From assembly GCA_031459915.1 (NCBI GenBank), contig JAVKHO010000004.1, positions 64,001 to 128,000 on the forward strand: a stretch of 64,000 bases of DNA, in the 5' to 3' direction. Positions 10,193 through 20,143 of the stretch are shown one piece after another. Position 1 is the stretch's first letter; each line of letters opens with the position of its first letter. Position numbers and translations under genes: made by a program. This DNA comes from Candidatus Tepidifontimicrobium thermophilum. GTDB lineage: Bacteria; Sysuimicrobiota; Sysuimicrobiia; Sysuimicrobiales; Sysuimicrobiaceae. The notes under the pieces are model-generated. The model made no database searches, had not been told where the DNA came from, and was given only the letters and a program-made list of their open reading frames with translations.

Positions 10193-10585
10193 CTAGTGCC
10201 AGCGGGGATCTCCGGACCACTTGCCCAGCTTTGTGAGACAGGCCCGCGTGAACCCCCACTCCACCGCCCGCTCGTAGGTGGGCCGCTCCACCGCCGAAAT
10301 GTTGCCGATCTGCCACACCGTCTTCCAGGGGAGCAGGCCGAAGTGCTGGAACACCATGGCCACCTCGGGTCGCGGACCGCGGACCTGCTCGCCGTCCACC
10401 CACACCCTCCCTTCGTCCGGGGGCACCAGGCCCGCGAGGATCCGTAGCAGGGTGGTCTTCCCGCACCCGCTGGGCCCGATCACGCAGAGGAACTCGTTGG
10501 GCTGCACCTGCACCGAGCACGGCCCCAGCGCGCTGACGTCACCGAAACGCTTGGTCACACCCTCCACGACCATCTTCGCGGTCAT
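10193..10585 (-). pseudogene. Truncated TauB/SsuB-type ABC ATPase fused to an unrelated C-terminal fragment
   Basis: Walker A GPSGCGKTT and Q-loop MVFQHFGLLPWKTV are present; no LSGGQ signature, Walker B or H-loop; ends after 130 aa. Confidence 0.75.
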
Positions 10586-11667
10586 CCCGCGCCTCCGGAG
10601 CTCGCCCCCAGCTGCTCGGCCATCCAGTCCGCCACCAGGGGCCGGTACTTGTAGGGGATGTTGTTGCACACGTGGTTGCCCTCGGGGTACAGCACGAACT
10701 CCCCCCGGGGCGCCTCCCGCGCTACCCGCTCCGCGTCCTGCCAGGGGAACAGGGCGTCCTGCTGCCCGAACACCACCAACAGCGGCTGCTGCAGCCTCGG
10801 CAGCACCGGCCCCAGGTCCAGCTCCAGGGCCCGACGCCGTGCCTCCGAGTCGTCAGCCGCGCCCGCGTGGTACCGGAACGTCTCCCTCGTCAGGACCGGC
10901 AGCCGCTCCCACGCGGCCCCGAAGTTGTAGGGCCCTCCGATGGCGGCCACCGCCCGGATCCGCGGCTCAAACGCCGCGGCCCGGGGCGCGTAGTAGCCGC
11001 CCAGGCTGACCCCCACCGCCCCCACCCGGTCCAGGTCCAGGTCGAAGTTTGCCGACAGGTGGTCCAGCACCGCCCGCACCGCCGCCTCGTAGTCGGGCCG
11101 GATGCGGGTGTGGAAACCCGTCTCACCCTGGCCAGGGCCGTCCACGGATACCGTGGCCATCCCCCGCACCAGGAAGGTGTTCTCCCAGTGGAAGAACTCC
11201 TCTTTGGTGGAGTCCAGGCCCGGGATCAGCAGCACCACAGGCGGCCGCTGGCGGCCCTGGGGCCTGCGCAGGTTCGCGAACAGCATCGTGTCCTCGAAGG
11301 GGATCTCCAGACGGCGCGCGGTAGCGTCGAGGTGTCTGTGGGCCGCCCGGAGGGCCTCCACGGACCGCACCGTGGTCTCCCGGTACCGCTGAGGATCCAC
11401 CGTCCACACGAACTTCGCGAAGTGGTAGCACAAGGCCGCCCGCACCCACGCCTCGCCCGCGGTGATCCGCCGTCCCCGGGCCTCCGCCTCGCGGGCCAGC
11501 TCCGCGTGGACGTCTCCGGTCCGCACCCACGCCTCCAGCCACTCCTCCCAGCGCGTGATGGAAGCGGTCGCGCGGACGAAGTCGTTGTAGTCCACCCCCT
11601 GGGCGATCATCCGTGGGGCCCAGTTCTGCACCACCGCCTGAACCCTCGTGTCCCCCCGCCCGCTCAC
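10582..11667 (-). CDS. Alpha/beta hydrolase, 2,6-dihydroxypseudooxynicotine (DHPON) hydrolase-like
   Basis: GLDSTKEE, RGMAT..DGPGQGE, nucleophile GVSLGG, GNHVCNN; layout recalls the Arthrobacter DHPON hydrolase. Confidence 0.8.
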   Translation of the reverse strand: MSGRGDTRVQAVVQNWAPRMIAQGVDYNDFVRATASITRWEEWLEAWVRTGDVHAELAREAEARGRRITAGEAWVRAALCYHFAKFVWTVDPQRYRETTVRSVEALRAAHRHLDATARRLEIPFEDTMLFANLRRPQGRQRPPVVLLIPGLDSTKEEFFHWENTFLVRGMATVSVDGPGQGETGFHTRIRPDYEAAVRAVLDHLSANFDLDLDRVGAVGVSLGGYYAPRAAAFEPRIRAVAAIGGPYNFGAAWERLPVLTRETFRYHAGAADDSEARRRALELDLGPVLPRLQQPLLVVFGQQDALFPWQDAERVAREAPRGEFVLYPEGNHVCNNIPYKYRPLVADWMAEQLGASSGGAG

Positions 11668-12653
11668 GTCCGCACCTCCAGGCCCAGGGCCCGGGCCGCG
11701 TTGTCCCGCAAGACCCTGGCTTCCGCCTCCTCCCCCAGCTCTGCCCGGCGGACGAACTCCACCGGCTGCGCCAGTCCCATGTCGAAGGGGTAGTCGGACC
11801 CCAACACCACCTGCTCCGAGCCCACCCACTCCACCAGCTGCCTCAGCAGCACGGGGTCGTGGGTGACGGTGTCGTAGTAGAAGCGCCGCAGGCACACTTC
11901 CACGTCCTCCCGCAGTCTCGCCCGCGCCTTGGGTTGGAAGGTGTGGGCGTGGCGCAACCGGCCCCGCAGGGCGGGCAGAGCACCACCCCCGTGGGCCAGG
12001 ATGACCACAAGCCGCGGATGACGCTCCAGCACCCCGCTCATCACCAGGTGCCCGGCGGTCATGGCGGTCTCCACGGGGTTGCCGACCGTGTTCCACAGGT
12101 AGTACTCGTGCAGTTCGGGGATCCCGAACCCTCGGGTGGTGGGGTGCACGAACACGCCGAGTTTCAAGGCTTCTGCAGCCTCCCATACGGGCTCGAACGC
12201 ATCCTCCCCCAATAACCGGCCTCCGACCCTGGCGGTGACCTCCACGCCCACCAGCCCCGGCCGGCCCCGCACGTCCTCCAGCAACCGCGCGGCCTCCTCC
12301 GGAGCCTGGAGGGGGACCGCCCCGAACGCCCACACCCGGCCTGGGCGGCGCGCACAGACCCGGGACAGCCCCTCGTTCCACGCCTTGCAGACCTCCCGGG
12401 CCAGCCCCACGTCCTGCTCCTCGTACGGCAGCATCGAGACCCAGGGCGAGAGGATCACGGCGTCCACGCCTACCCGGTCCAAGTCCTCCAGGGTCGCCTC
12501 GGGGTCCGCCAGCGCCCCCACCGCGGAGAGAACCCGCTGCCCGCGCCACTCCACGACGTCGCGGTCGCCCTCCCGGACCCGCCGCGCCCGCCAGTCCCCT
12601 TCGCCCACCAGCTCGGGGACGACGACGTGGCAGTGGACGTCGACCGCGTTCAC
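11664..12653 (-). CDS. Amidohydrolase_2 family protein (ACMSD-like decarboxylase/hydratase)
   Basis: DVHCH, VFVHP, GNPVET, AHGGG, LGSDYPFDMG. Confidence 0.85.
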   Translation of the reverse strand: MNAVDVHCHVVVPELVGEGDWRARRVREGDRDVVEWRGQRVLSAVGALADPEATLEDLDRVGVDAVILSPWVSMLPYEEQDVGLAREVCKAWNEGLSRVCARRPGRVWAFGAVPLQAPEEAARLLEDVRGRPGLVGVEVTARVGGRLLGEDAFEPVWEAAEALKLGVFVHPTTRGFGIPELHEYYLWNTVGNPVETAMTAGHLVMSGVLERHPRLVVILAHGGGALPALRGRLRHAHTFQPKARARLREDVEVCLRRFYYDTVTHDPVLLRQLVEWVGSEQVVLGSDYPFDMGLAQPVEFVRRAELGEEAEARVLRDNAARALGLEVRT

Positions 12654-13240
12654 CGGCGACCTGCCACCCCCTTGGTGCCGGGCTTCAACCCCACAGCGGT
12701 GTCCGCCAGCACCTCGCCGTGCCGAATGCCCAGGGTTTTGATCCACCGCTGCTGCCCGAGGGTGAGGGCGACGAAGAAGCCCAGTTCCACGATTTCCGGA
12801 ACGGTGAACTGCTCATAGAGCTTCGCCCACAGGGCGTCGTCCGCGATCTCCGCGTTCCACACGATGGCACTGGTGTACCGCAACGCCACCTTCTCCCGCT
12901 CCGTGAAATGTTCGGACTCCTCAAAGTGCAGCAGCTCCTCGTACTTCTCCTCCGTCAGGCCCTTCCGTCCAGCCTGGACGGATCGCTGGACCCCTCAGTA
13001 CTCGCACTCGATGGACTTCGAGACGTAGACGCGACACAGCTCCTTGATGGAGTGGTCCAGCACCCCCTGCCGGAAGGTGAGCTCCCACGCCTGGCTGAAA
13101 GCCCGGATGACGTTGGGGCTGTGGGCCCGGATGGCCTGGCTTTCCGGCCTCGGGGTGCCCTCCCGCCGGGCGCGCTCCAGATACCCCAGAATCTCCGGGT
13201 CCTTTACGGTGTCAGGGTCTACGTACGGAATCCTCGGCAT
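12650..13240 (-). CDS. AhpD/carboxymuconolactone-decarboxylase-like selenoprotein (196 aa, Sec at TGA 12995-12997)
   Basis: Track ORFs 12995..13240 and 12650..12889 are one reading frame broken only by TGA in C-E-Y-TGA-G (CxxU); stem-loop starts 12 nt downstream. Confidence 0.8.
12955..12994 (-). promoter_or_regulatory. Bacterial SECIS-like hairpin
   Basis: Minus strand TGA-GGGGTCCAGCGA-TCCGTCC-AGGCT-GGACGGA-AGGGCCT: 7-bp perfect upper stem (12964-12982), G-containing apical loop, possible lower stem GGGTCC/GGGCCT. Confidence 0.7.
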
Positions 13241-13254
13241 CCTCCCACCTCCCG

Positions 13255-14430
13255 CTATCCCACACGGCGCAAGCCCCGGGGATACCCGTGCACAGGCTCT
13301 ACGCCGTCCTCCCTCAGCACCACCAGCTCCCCGGTCTGCACGCCGGCTCGGGCGTCCGGGGTCACCACGTTGGGCTGGATCACCAGGGCCATGCCGGGCC
13401 GCAGGATCAGCTCCGCGTCCTGCGGGTTGTCGAATCCCTCAGGCCCCAGCACAGGCGGCAGGTAGCCGCCTCCGTACCCGTGCACGAGGTCGTCATACAC
13501 CGTGAACCCTGCCCGTCGGATCCCCTCCAGCACCCGCAGGAGTTCCCCCGCGCGGATCCCCGGCCGCAGGACGCGCAGCGCGTGCTCAAACGCCTCCTCC
13601 GCCACCCGGTGCAGCTCGCGAAACAGGGGCGTCGGCTCTGCCCCCACCACAAACGTTCGCAGGAGCTGCCCCGCATAGCCCCAGAAGGCCGCGCTGATCT
13701 CACACACCACCACGTCCCCTACCCGCACCCGGCGGCCGGAGGGGTACTGCGCGGGGACGCACCGGTCAGGATCGGTCATGGAAGTGACGGAGAGGAAGTG
13801 GATGTGGGTGCTTCCGCCCAACGGCACGTACGCCCGCTCCACGACGTCCACCAGCTCGAACTCGCTCACCCCGGGGCGGAGGGCTGCCTCCAGGGCCCGT
13901 ACCGCGCGGTCGGTGAGCTCGGCCCCCGCCCGCAACCACGCGAGCTCCTCCTCCGACTTCACCAGCCGCAACGACACGTAGGAGGGGGTCAGGTCCACCA
14001 CCTGCCGCACGCGCGTGGCCAGGGGATGCCACGCAGAACCGGGCAGGGGTCCCACCACACCCACCCGCTGCTGTTCACCCCCTCGCCGGACCAGCTCCTC
14101 GGCCACGGTTCGGGCGGTTGCTGGCCCTGCCCAGACCACCTGGACGTCCGAGGCCACGGCGCGCCGGGCCGTAGGCACGTGGTTCCGGTACTGGACGAAC
14201 AGCTTCACGGCCTCCCCGGGGGCCCACACCACCGCTGCCTCCCGCGTCACCGGCCATCCGGTGAACCACTGGACGGCGTCGCCGCTGCCCGCATTCCCGT
14301 ACAGCACGAGCCGGTCCACCCCGCTCCGCTCCACCAGTTGCGCCAGCTGCGCCCGACGGCGGCGCACCTCGTCGTCGGAGAAAAGCGGGTAGCCATCCTC
14401 TGCCCACACTGCCCGCCAGGAGGACCCCAT
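13255..14430 (-). CDS. M24 (creatinase/prolidase-fold) hydrolase with non-canonical metal site
   Basis: Creatinase-like N-domain, LRLVKSEEEL, GYAGQLLRTF, HGYG, LVIQPN. Confidence 0.8.
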   Translation of the reverse strand: MGSSWRAVWAEDGYPLFSDDEVRRRRAQLAQLVERSGVDRLVLYGNAGSGDAVQWFTGWPVTREAAVVWAPGEAVKLFVQYRNHVPTARRAVASDVQVVWAGPATARTVAEELVRRGGEQQRVGVVGPLPGSAWHPLATRVRQVVDLTPSYVSLRLVKSEEELAWLRAGAELTDRAVRALEAALRPGVSEFELVDVVERAYVPLGGSTHIHFLSVTSMTDPDRCVPAQYPSGRRVRVGDVVVCEISAAFWGYAGQLLRTFVVGAEPTPLFRELHRVAEEAFEHALRVLRPGIRAGELLRVLEGIRRAGFTVYDDLVHGYGGGYLPPVLGPEGFDNPQDAELILRPGMALVIQPNVVTPDARAGVQTGELVVLREDGVEPVHGYPRGLRRVG

Positions 14431-14432
14431 CC

Positions 14433-15875
14433 CTAGCCGTCCGCGGGATTGAGCACCACGATCCGCAGGTCCGTCATCTCCTCGATGGCGTATCGGGGTC
14501 CCTCCCGGCCGATCCCGCTCCGCCGGATCCCACCGTAGGGCATAAGGTCCACGCGGAACCCCGACGTGTCGTTGACGATCACCCCGCCCATGCGGAGAGT
14601 CCGGGCCGCCTTCATGGCACGGTCCAGGTTCCGGGTGAACACCCCCGCCTGCAACCCGTACTCCGTGTCGTTGGCCTGCCGCAGGGCCTCCTCGAAGCTC
14701 GAGCAGGCCACCACGGACGCCACGGGCCCGAACACCTCCTGGCAGACCACCTTCATCTCCGGCCGCACGTCGGTCAGCACCGTGGCCGGGTAGAGGACCC
14801 CCTGCCGCGGCCCGCCCAGCGCGCGCCGGGCGCCTCCCTGCACCGCTTCCTCCACCCAGGCCTCCACGCGCCGCGCGTCGTCCTCAGAGATCAGGGGCCC
14901 GATGTCCGTGTCGGGATCCTCGGGGTCGCCCAGCTTCATGGCCCGCGCGGCCGCCACGAACTTCTCGAGAAACGGCTCGTAGGCCGGCTCCTCCACGTAG
15001 ATGCGCTGCACGGAGATGCAGAACTGACCCGCGTAGAGATACGCGAACCGGGCCAGCAGCTGCGCCGCCTGGTCCAGGTTCGCGTCCTGGGCGACGATGT
15101 TCGGGGAGTTGTTCCCCAGCTCCAGGATCACCCGCCGCAGGCCTGTGGCGGCCTTGATGCGCTCCCCCACCTCGGGGCTGCCGGTGAAGGTGTACAGGGC
15201 GATCCCGGGGTGACGCAGCAGGGCCTCGCCCACGGTCCGCCCGCCGCCGACGACCACGTTGAGGTACCCCGGGGGAAGCCCGGCCTCTTCCAGGAGCTGG
15301 GCCAGCATCAGGCTCGTGAGGGGCGTGTAGGTGGCCGGTTTCAGGACGACGGCGTTCCCTGCGGCCAGGGCGGGCCCCACCTTGTGCGCCACCAGGTTCA
15401 GGGGGAAGTTGAAGGGGGAGATGGCGCACACCACACCTACTGGAACCCGGAGGGTGAAAGCCAGGCGTCCTTCGCCGCCCGGGGCGGCTTCCACGGGCAC
15501 CTGCTCCCCGTGGATCCGCTTGGCCTCCTCCCCGCTGAGGGAAATGGTCTGGAGCGCGCGGTCCACTTCCACCCGTGCGTACTTCAGGGGTTTGCCGGCC
15601 TCCCGGGCGATGGTCAGCGCGAACTCCTCGCGCCGCTGGCTCAACAGGTCCGCGGCGCGGCGCAGGATCTCGAACCGTCGGTACGGGGAAAGCGGACGCT
15701 CCTCCAGGGCCCGCTGCGCCGCCTGCACCGCCTCGTCCACGAGGGCCTCGTCCGCCTCCACCACCTCCGCCAGGACCTCCTGCCGGTACTTGTGCAGCAC
15801 CGGCACGGTACGCGGGCCGTCGCGCCACCTGCCGTCGATGTACAAGCCCCATCGGGGTACTGTCACCGTGGCCAC
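14433..15875 (-). CDS. Aldehyde dehydrogenase
   Basis: ISPFNFP, FTGS, LELGNN (Glu), GQFCIS (Cys), EVFGP, PYGG..SG.GREG; GAGGAGG RBS. Confidence 0.92.
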   Translation of the reverse strand: MATVTVPRWGLYIDGRWRDGPRTVPVLHKYRQEVLAEVVEADEALVDEAVQAAQRALEERPLSPYRRFEILRRAADLLSQRREEFALTIAREAGKPLKYARVEVDRALQTISLSGEEAKRIHGEQVPVEAAPGGEGRLAFTLRVPVGVVCAISPFNFPLNLVAHKVGPALAAGNAVVLKPATYTPLTSLMLAQLLEEAGLPPGYLNVVVGGGRTVGEALLRHPGIALYTFTGSPEVGERIKAATGLRRVILELGNNSPNIVAQDANLDQAAQLLARFAYLYAGQFCISVQRIYVEEPAYEPFLEKFVAAARAMKLGDPEDPDTDIGPLISEDDARRVEAWVEEAVQGGARRALGGPRQGVLYPATVLTDVRPEMKVVCQEVFGPVASVVACSSFEEALRQANDTEYGLQAGVFTRNLDRAMKAARTLRMGGVIVNDTSGFRVDLMPYGGIRRSGIGREGPRYAIEEMTDLRIVVLNPADG

Positions 15876-15882
15876 GTCCTCC

Positions 15883-16920
15883 TCACCTCCCCTCGGCTCC
15901 CTCTCCCTCACCTTCCCGGACGTAGATCCGGGGTGCCGAAGCGTTCACCCGGAGCTGGAAGACGTCCGGCCGGTTGTAGTGGCCCGCGAAGTCGTGGCGG
16001 ACCTTCTCTGCCACGCACTCGTTCAGGTCCGCCTGGAACACCAGGACGCCCTCCTCCGCGCCCATGGGGCCCGCCACCACAGATCCGCCCGGGCCCACAA
16101 TGTTGGAGCCTCCCGTGCTGCGGTCGTCCCACAGGATCGCCCGGTCCTCCTCCGTGTACACCAGCAGCTCCCGCATCTCGTCCGTCAGGGTCCCGCACGC
16201 GTTCACCACGAACGCTTTGGTGGCGAGTGCCAGGGCCCGGCCCACCACGAGGGCCCGTTCCGGGCACGACATTCCCCGTTTCGGGAACCGGTTCGGCCAG
16301 CTGACGGCCAGCACGTGCGGGTACTCGGCCATGAGGGCGAACACCGCCAGCGGGTTGGAGCTCTCCCCACAGATCAACCCGCCCACGCGGCCGAAGTCCG
16401 TGGGGAAGGTCCTCAGGGTGTCCCCGAACCCGCCGGTGTGCACCAGACGCTCCCCCACGGTGGGGACGAGCTTCCGGTGCTTGCCGAGGAGCGTCCCGTC
16501 GGGGGCGATGAACAGCTGCGTGTTGTACAGGGTCCCGAACGTGCCCGGCCGACGCTCGCACAGGCCCATGATCACGTACACCCCGGCCTCCCGGGCGGAC
16601 TCGCACAGGGCCTCGGTGGTCCGGCTGGGAATCTCCACGGAGTTCAGGAACAGCCGTGTGGCCAGCTCGCCGCTCCTGGGGTCGGTGGCGGGGTAGAAGT
16701 GGTACCACAAGGGATGGCCCGGGATGAACCCCTCGGGGAAAACCACGAGCTTCGCGCCCCGGCGCCCGGCTTCCAGGATCCACTCGCAGGCACGCTCCGT
16801 GGTGCGCTCGCGGTTCAGGAACACCGGAGCTGCCTGCACCGCGGCCAGCTTCACCCGCGGGAGGCGGTCACCACCCCCCGGCTCGGCCTCCACCACGCTC
16901 TCCAGCTCCACCAGACGCAT
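15883..16920 (-). CDS. Nitrilase / carbon-nitrogen hydrolase
   Basis: E-K-C triad in VFPEG, HRKLVPT, GLICGE; DFAGHYNRPDVF nitrilase tail. Confidence 0.9.
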   Translation of the reverse strand: MRLVELESVVEAEPGGGDRLPRVKLAAVQAAPVFLNRERTTERACEWILEAGRRGAKLVVFPEGFIPGHPLWYHFYPATDPRSGELATRLFLNSVEIPSRTTEALCESAREAGVYVIMGLCERRPGTFGTLYNTQLFIAPDGTLLGKHRKLVPTVGERLVHTGGFGDTLRTFPTDFGRVGGLICGESSNPLAVFALMAEYPHVLAVSWPNRFPKRGMSCPERALVVGRALALATKAFVVNACGTLTDEMRELLVYTEEDRAILWDDRSTGGSNIVGPGGSVVAGPMGAEEGVLVFQADLNECVAEKVRHDFAGHYNRPDVFQLRVNASAPRIYVREGEGEGAEGR

Positions 16921-16933
16921 CTCCGCCTCCCGT

Positions 16934-17647
16934 TCACGGTTGCTCCCCGCTCAAACCGACCACCACCCGTCCGAGTCCTGCAAGCTCGAACTCCACGGAT
17001 CGGTCCGCAGGGTCCAGGGACAGGGGAGGGATCACGGACCCGCAGATGACCAAGTCTCCGGCCCGCAGACGCTCCCCCACGGAGGCCAGCACCCGCGCCA
17101 TCTCCCCCAGCACGTCCACCACCCGCCCCGGAAAAGCCTCCAGGTCTTCCACCCCCGCGGACTCCCCGCCGTTGCGGAACACCCGTCCCACCGTGCCCGC
17201 CAGGCTGCCCGTGAAGGGCACGGTCCGCATGTCCCCGACGACCGCGTATCGGTGGAAGATGTTTCCGGCCAGCACCGCCTCCAGGTCCTCCTCGGGTGCG
17301 CGGTCTGGGTCGACCAGCTCGATGGCGGGCGCCACCCCGGTCACCGCGGCGGCCACCGCCTCCGGCGAGCTGTCGGGCAGCACGTCCTGTCCCAGCCGCA
17401 CCGCCACCTCCGGTTCTGCCACCGGCCGGCGCCACCCTCGCACGGACACGGTAACACCGGAGGGCAGCACCGTCCGGTCGGTGAGGAAGCCCGCCAGAAG
17501 GTGGGGAAGCCCGAGTCGCTGCTTCGCCTGCGAAGAACCGAAGGCGGCTTTCCAGCCCAAAGGCCTTGCCCCCGACCCCACCAGCTCCCGCCTCTTTTCC
17601 AGCAGCCGCTGGAGGCCGCTGCGCACCGCGGGATGGACCTCCGTCAC
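16934..17647 (-). CDS. Fumarylacetoacetate hydrolase family / 2-keto-4-pentenoate hydratase-like protein
   Basis: GWKAAF, AEPEVAV, PAIELVD, LRAGDLVICGS. Confidence 0.75.
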   Translation of the reverse strand: MTEVHPAVRSGLQRLLEKRRELVGSGARPLGWKAAFGSSQAKQRLGLPHLLAGFLTDRTVLPSGVTVSVRGWRRPVAEPEVAVRLGQDVLPDSSPEAVAAAVTGVAPAIELVDPDRAPEEDLEAVLAGNIFHRYAVVGDMRTVPFTGSLAGTVGRVFRNGGESAGVEDLEAFPGRVVDVLGEMARVLASVGERLRAGDLVICGSVIPPLSLDPADRSVEFELAGLGRVVVGLSGEQP

Positions 17648-17660
17648 CTTGCACCTCCGG

Positions 17661-18062
17661 CTAGGTCCGCTCCGGAGCCACCTCGTAACCCGAGGCCTCC
17701 AGGGAGCCCGCTCCGATCCAGCCCCAGACCAGCACCGCGTCCTCTGGGCCGGTGTTCACGAAGCCGTGCCAGCCGCCGCGGGGGATGTACACCACGTCCC
17801 CTTCTGCGGCGGGCTCGCGGCCCGCGTCGGTGTAGATCTCGCCCCGCCCCTTCAGCACCACGAAGAACTCGTCGCAGTTGCGGTGCAGGTGCCGTTCGTG
17901 CCGGGCGCCCGGCCGGAACACCGTCCAGCCCAGGGTGAAGTCCTTCGCCCCCGCGGTCGCCTCGTCCACCAGGAACCGCACCACCATGTCCACCCAGCCA
18001 TCCTCCCGCGCCAGGCCTCCGCGCGGCGCCACCTTCTCCACGTGGGTCCGGTACAGCTTCAC
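17661..18062 (-). CDS. Cupin domain protein
   Basis: HERHLHRNCDEFF...G.G, PRGGWHGFVN; GTG start overlaps upstream stop. Confidence 0.82.
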   Translation of the reverse strand: MKLYRTHVEKVAPRGGLAREDGWVDMVVRFLVDEATAGAKDFTLGWTVFRPGARHERHLHRNCDEFFVVLKGRGEIYTDAGREPAAEGDVVYIPRGGWHGFVNTGPEDAVLVWGWIGAGSLEASGYEVAPERT

Positions 18063-18946
18063 GCTCCTCCACCTCCCAGCTTGCGGTAGACCCGGTGCGT
18101 GGCCACGAAGTCCAGGCGGTCGAGCCCCAGGCCCCGGCAGGCGTTCATCATCTCGTTGGCCGCCGCGGCCAGGGGCACCGGGCTGCCCAGCCTGCGCGCC
18201 AGGTCCAGGACCAGCAGCATGTCCTTCTGCTGCAGGTTCACGTCCGCCAGCGGGGTCTCCGGCATCTTCCCCTCCAGGATGAAGGGGCCACGGTAGGCCA
18301 GCACCGGGGAGGCCGCCACGCTGTTCAGGATCGCCTCCACCGCCACCGCGCGGTCCACCCCGGCCTTCTCCGCCAGCGCCACTGCCTCGCCGAAGGCGAT
18401 GACCTCCACCATGAGCAGCAGGTTCACGGCCAGCTTCATGGCGCACGCCGTACCGTTGGGCCCCACGTAGAGCACCCTGGGGCCGATGGCGAGGAGCACG
18501 GGCCGGACCCGCTCGTACACCCGCGGGTCCCCGCCCACCATCAAGGACGCCTTTCCGTCCCGTACCGTGGGCGGCGCCCCGGAGATGGGGGCGTCGAGCA
18601 TGAACCGGCCTGCCCTGTGGAATTCCTCGGCCACGGCGCGGCTCGTGTCGGGGTCGATGGTGCTCATGTCCACGTAGACGCCTCCCGGCGGCAGCCCGTG
18701 CAGGACGCCTTTCGGTCCGAGGGCTACCTCCCGCACCGCCTGGCCGTCGGTCACGATGCTGAACACCACCTCGCTCTGCTCCGCCACCGCGCGGGGACTG
18801 CTGGCCCACCGCATGCCCGCCTCCACCAGGGGCTGGGCTTTTGACTGCGTGCGGTTCCAGCCCACCACGGAGTAACCTGCCTGCAGCAGGCGCGGCACGA
18901 TCACCGCCCCCATGGCCCCCAGTCCGACAAACCCTACGCGCTCCAT
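18059..18946 (-). CDS. NAD(P)-dependent beta-hydroxyacid dehydrogenase (3-hydroxyisobutyrate/tartronate semialdehyde reductase family)
   Basis: GFVGLGAMG, DMSTI, LDAPISG, MKLAVN. Confidence 0.88.
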   Translation of the reverse strand: MERVGFVGLGAMGAVIVPRLLQAGYSVVGWNRTQSKAQPLVEAGMRWASSPRAVAEQSEVVFSIVTDGQAVREVALGPKGVLHGLPPGGVYVDMSTIDPDTSRAVAEEFHRAGRFMLDAPISGAPPTVRDGKASLMVGGDPRVYERVRPVLLAIGPRVLYVGPNGTACAMKLAVNLLLMVEVIAFGEAVALAEKAGVDRAVAVEAILNSVAASPVLAYRGPFILEGKMPETPLADVNLQQKDMLLVLDLARRLGSPVPLAAAANEMMNACRGLGLDRLDFVATHRVYRKLGGGGA

Positions 18947-18969
18947 GTACACGCTCCCCTGGTCTGTGC

Positions 18970-20133
18970 TCAGCGCCCGAAGTCCAAAAGGGCCAGCGGC
19001 TCCTCCACCCACGCCGCCAGGGTTTCCAGGAAACGGGCCGCCCGGGCGCCGTCCAGGACCCGGTGGTCGCACGCGAGCCCCAGGCTCAAAGTCGGGCGCA
19101 CCACGGGCCGGCCCTCCTCCGCCACCACCCGGTCTGCCAGCCGTCCCACGCTGAGGATGGCCGCCTGCGGCGCGTTCACCACGGCCAGGAACCGGTCCAC
19201 CCCGTACATGCCGAGGTTCGAGATCGTGAACGTCCCGCCGTCCACGTCCTCCGGGCGCAGCCGGCCCGCACGGGCACGGTCCACGAGCTCCGCGCGGCGC
19301 TGCGCGATCCGCTCCACAGGTAGCTCGTCGGCGCGATGCACCACGGGCACCACCAGCCCGTGTTCCGTGGCCACCGCGATCCCCACGTTGACGTCCGGGA
19401 GACGCCGGATCCGGCCGTCCTCCCAGCGCGCGTTGACCTCCGGGTGAGCTCGCAGCGCCGTGGCTACCAGCTTCACCAACAGGTCGGTGTAAGTCAGCTC
19501 GACCTGCAGGCGCTGCCGCAGGGCCTGGTGCCAGGCCACGAGCCGGTCCGCCCGTACGTCCCGCTGGAGGAAGAAGTGGGGGACGGTGCTCCAGGCCCGC
19601 GCGGTGCGCTCCGCCATGAGCTTCCACACGTGCGGGAGCTCGGAGGCGGGGGCGGCCTCAGTCAGCCGCTGTAAGTCCGAGGCGAGGATGGCGCCCCCGG
19701 GGCCCGATCCCTGGACCGACCGCAGGTCCACTCCCATCTCTCGGGCGAGCCGGCGGGCTTTGGGAGAGGCCCGGGGCCTCACGGGTGCCGGCTCCGCCAC
19801 CGTCGGCGGCCCGAGGACCTCCTCCGTGGACACGGCTGCAGCCGCCGCTGCGGGCGCACTCACCGGCGCGGCCGGCAGCTCGGAGGGTTCCTCCCCGGGG
19901 AGGAGGATCCAGCCGATCACCTGGCCCACGGGGACTTCGTCTCCCTCGCGAGCCAGCACCCGCGCCAGGACGCCGGAGGCGGGGGACTCGATCTCCACGT
20001 TGGCCTTGTCGGTCTCCACCTCCAGCAGCGGCTCGCCCTGCCGGACTTCCTCGCCCTCCGAGCGCCACCACCGCAGGACTTTGCCCGTTTCCTGGGCCAT
20101 GCCCAGGGCGGGCATGATCACCTCCCTCGGCAC
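18970..20133 (-). CDS. Dihydrolipoamide acyltransferase E2
   Basis: Lipoyl VETDKAN, E3-binding ASPKARRLA..GSGPGG, catalytic DHRVLDG. Confidence 0.92.
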   Translation of the reverse strand: MPREVIMPALGMAQETGKVLRWWRSEGEEVRQGEPLLEVETDKANVEIESPASGVLARVLAREGDEVPVGQVIGWILLPGEEPSELPAAPVSAPAAAAAAVSTEEVLGPPTVAEPAPVRPRASPKARRLAREMGVDLRSVQGSGPGGAILASDLQRLTEAAPASELPHVWKLMAERTARAWSTVPHFFLQRDVRADRLVAWHQALRQRLQVELTYTDLLVKLVATALRAHPEVNARWEDGRIRRLPDVNVGIAVATEHGLVVPVVHRADELPVERIAQRRAELVDRARAGRLRPEDVDGGTFTISNLGMYGVDRFLAVVNAPQAAILSVGRLADRVVAEEGRPVVRPTLSLGLACDHRVLDGARAARFLETLAAWVEEPLALLDFGR

Positions 20134-20143
20134 CGCTCCCTCC

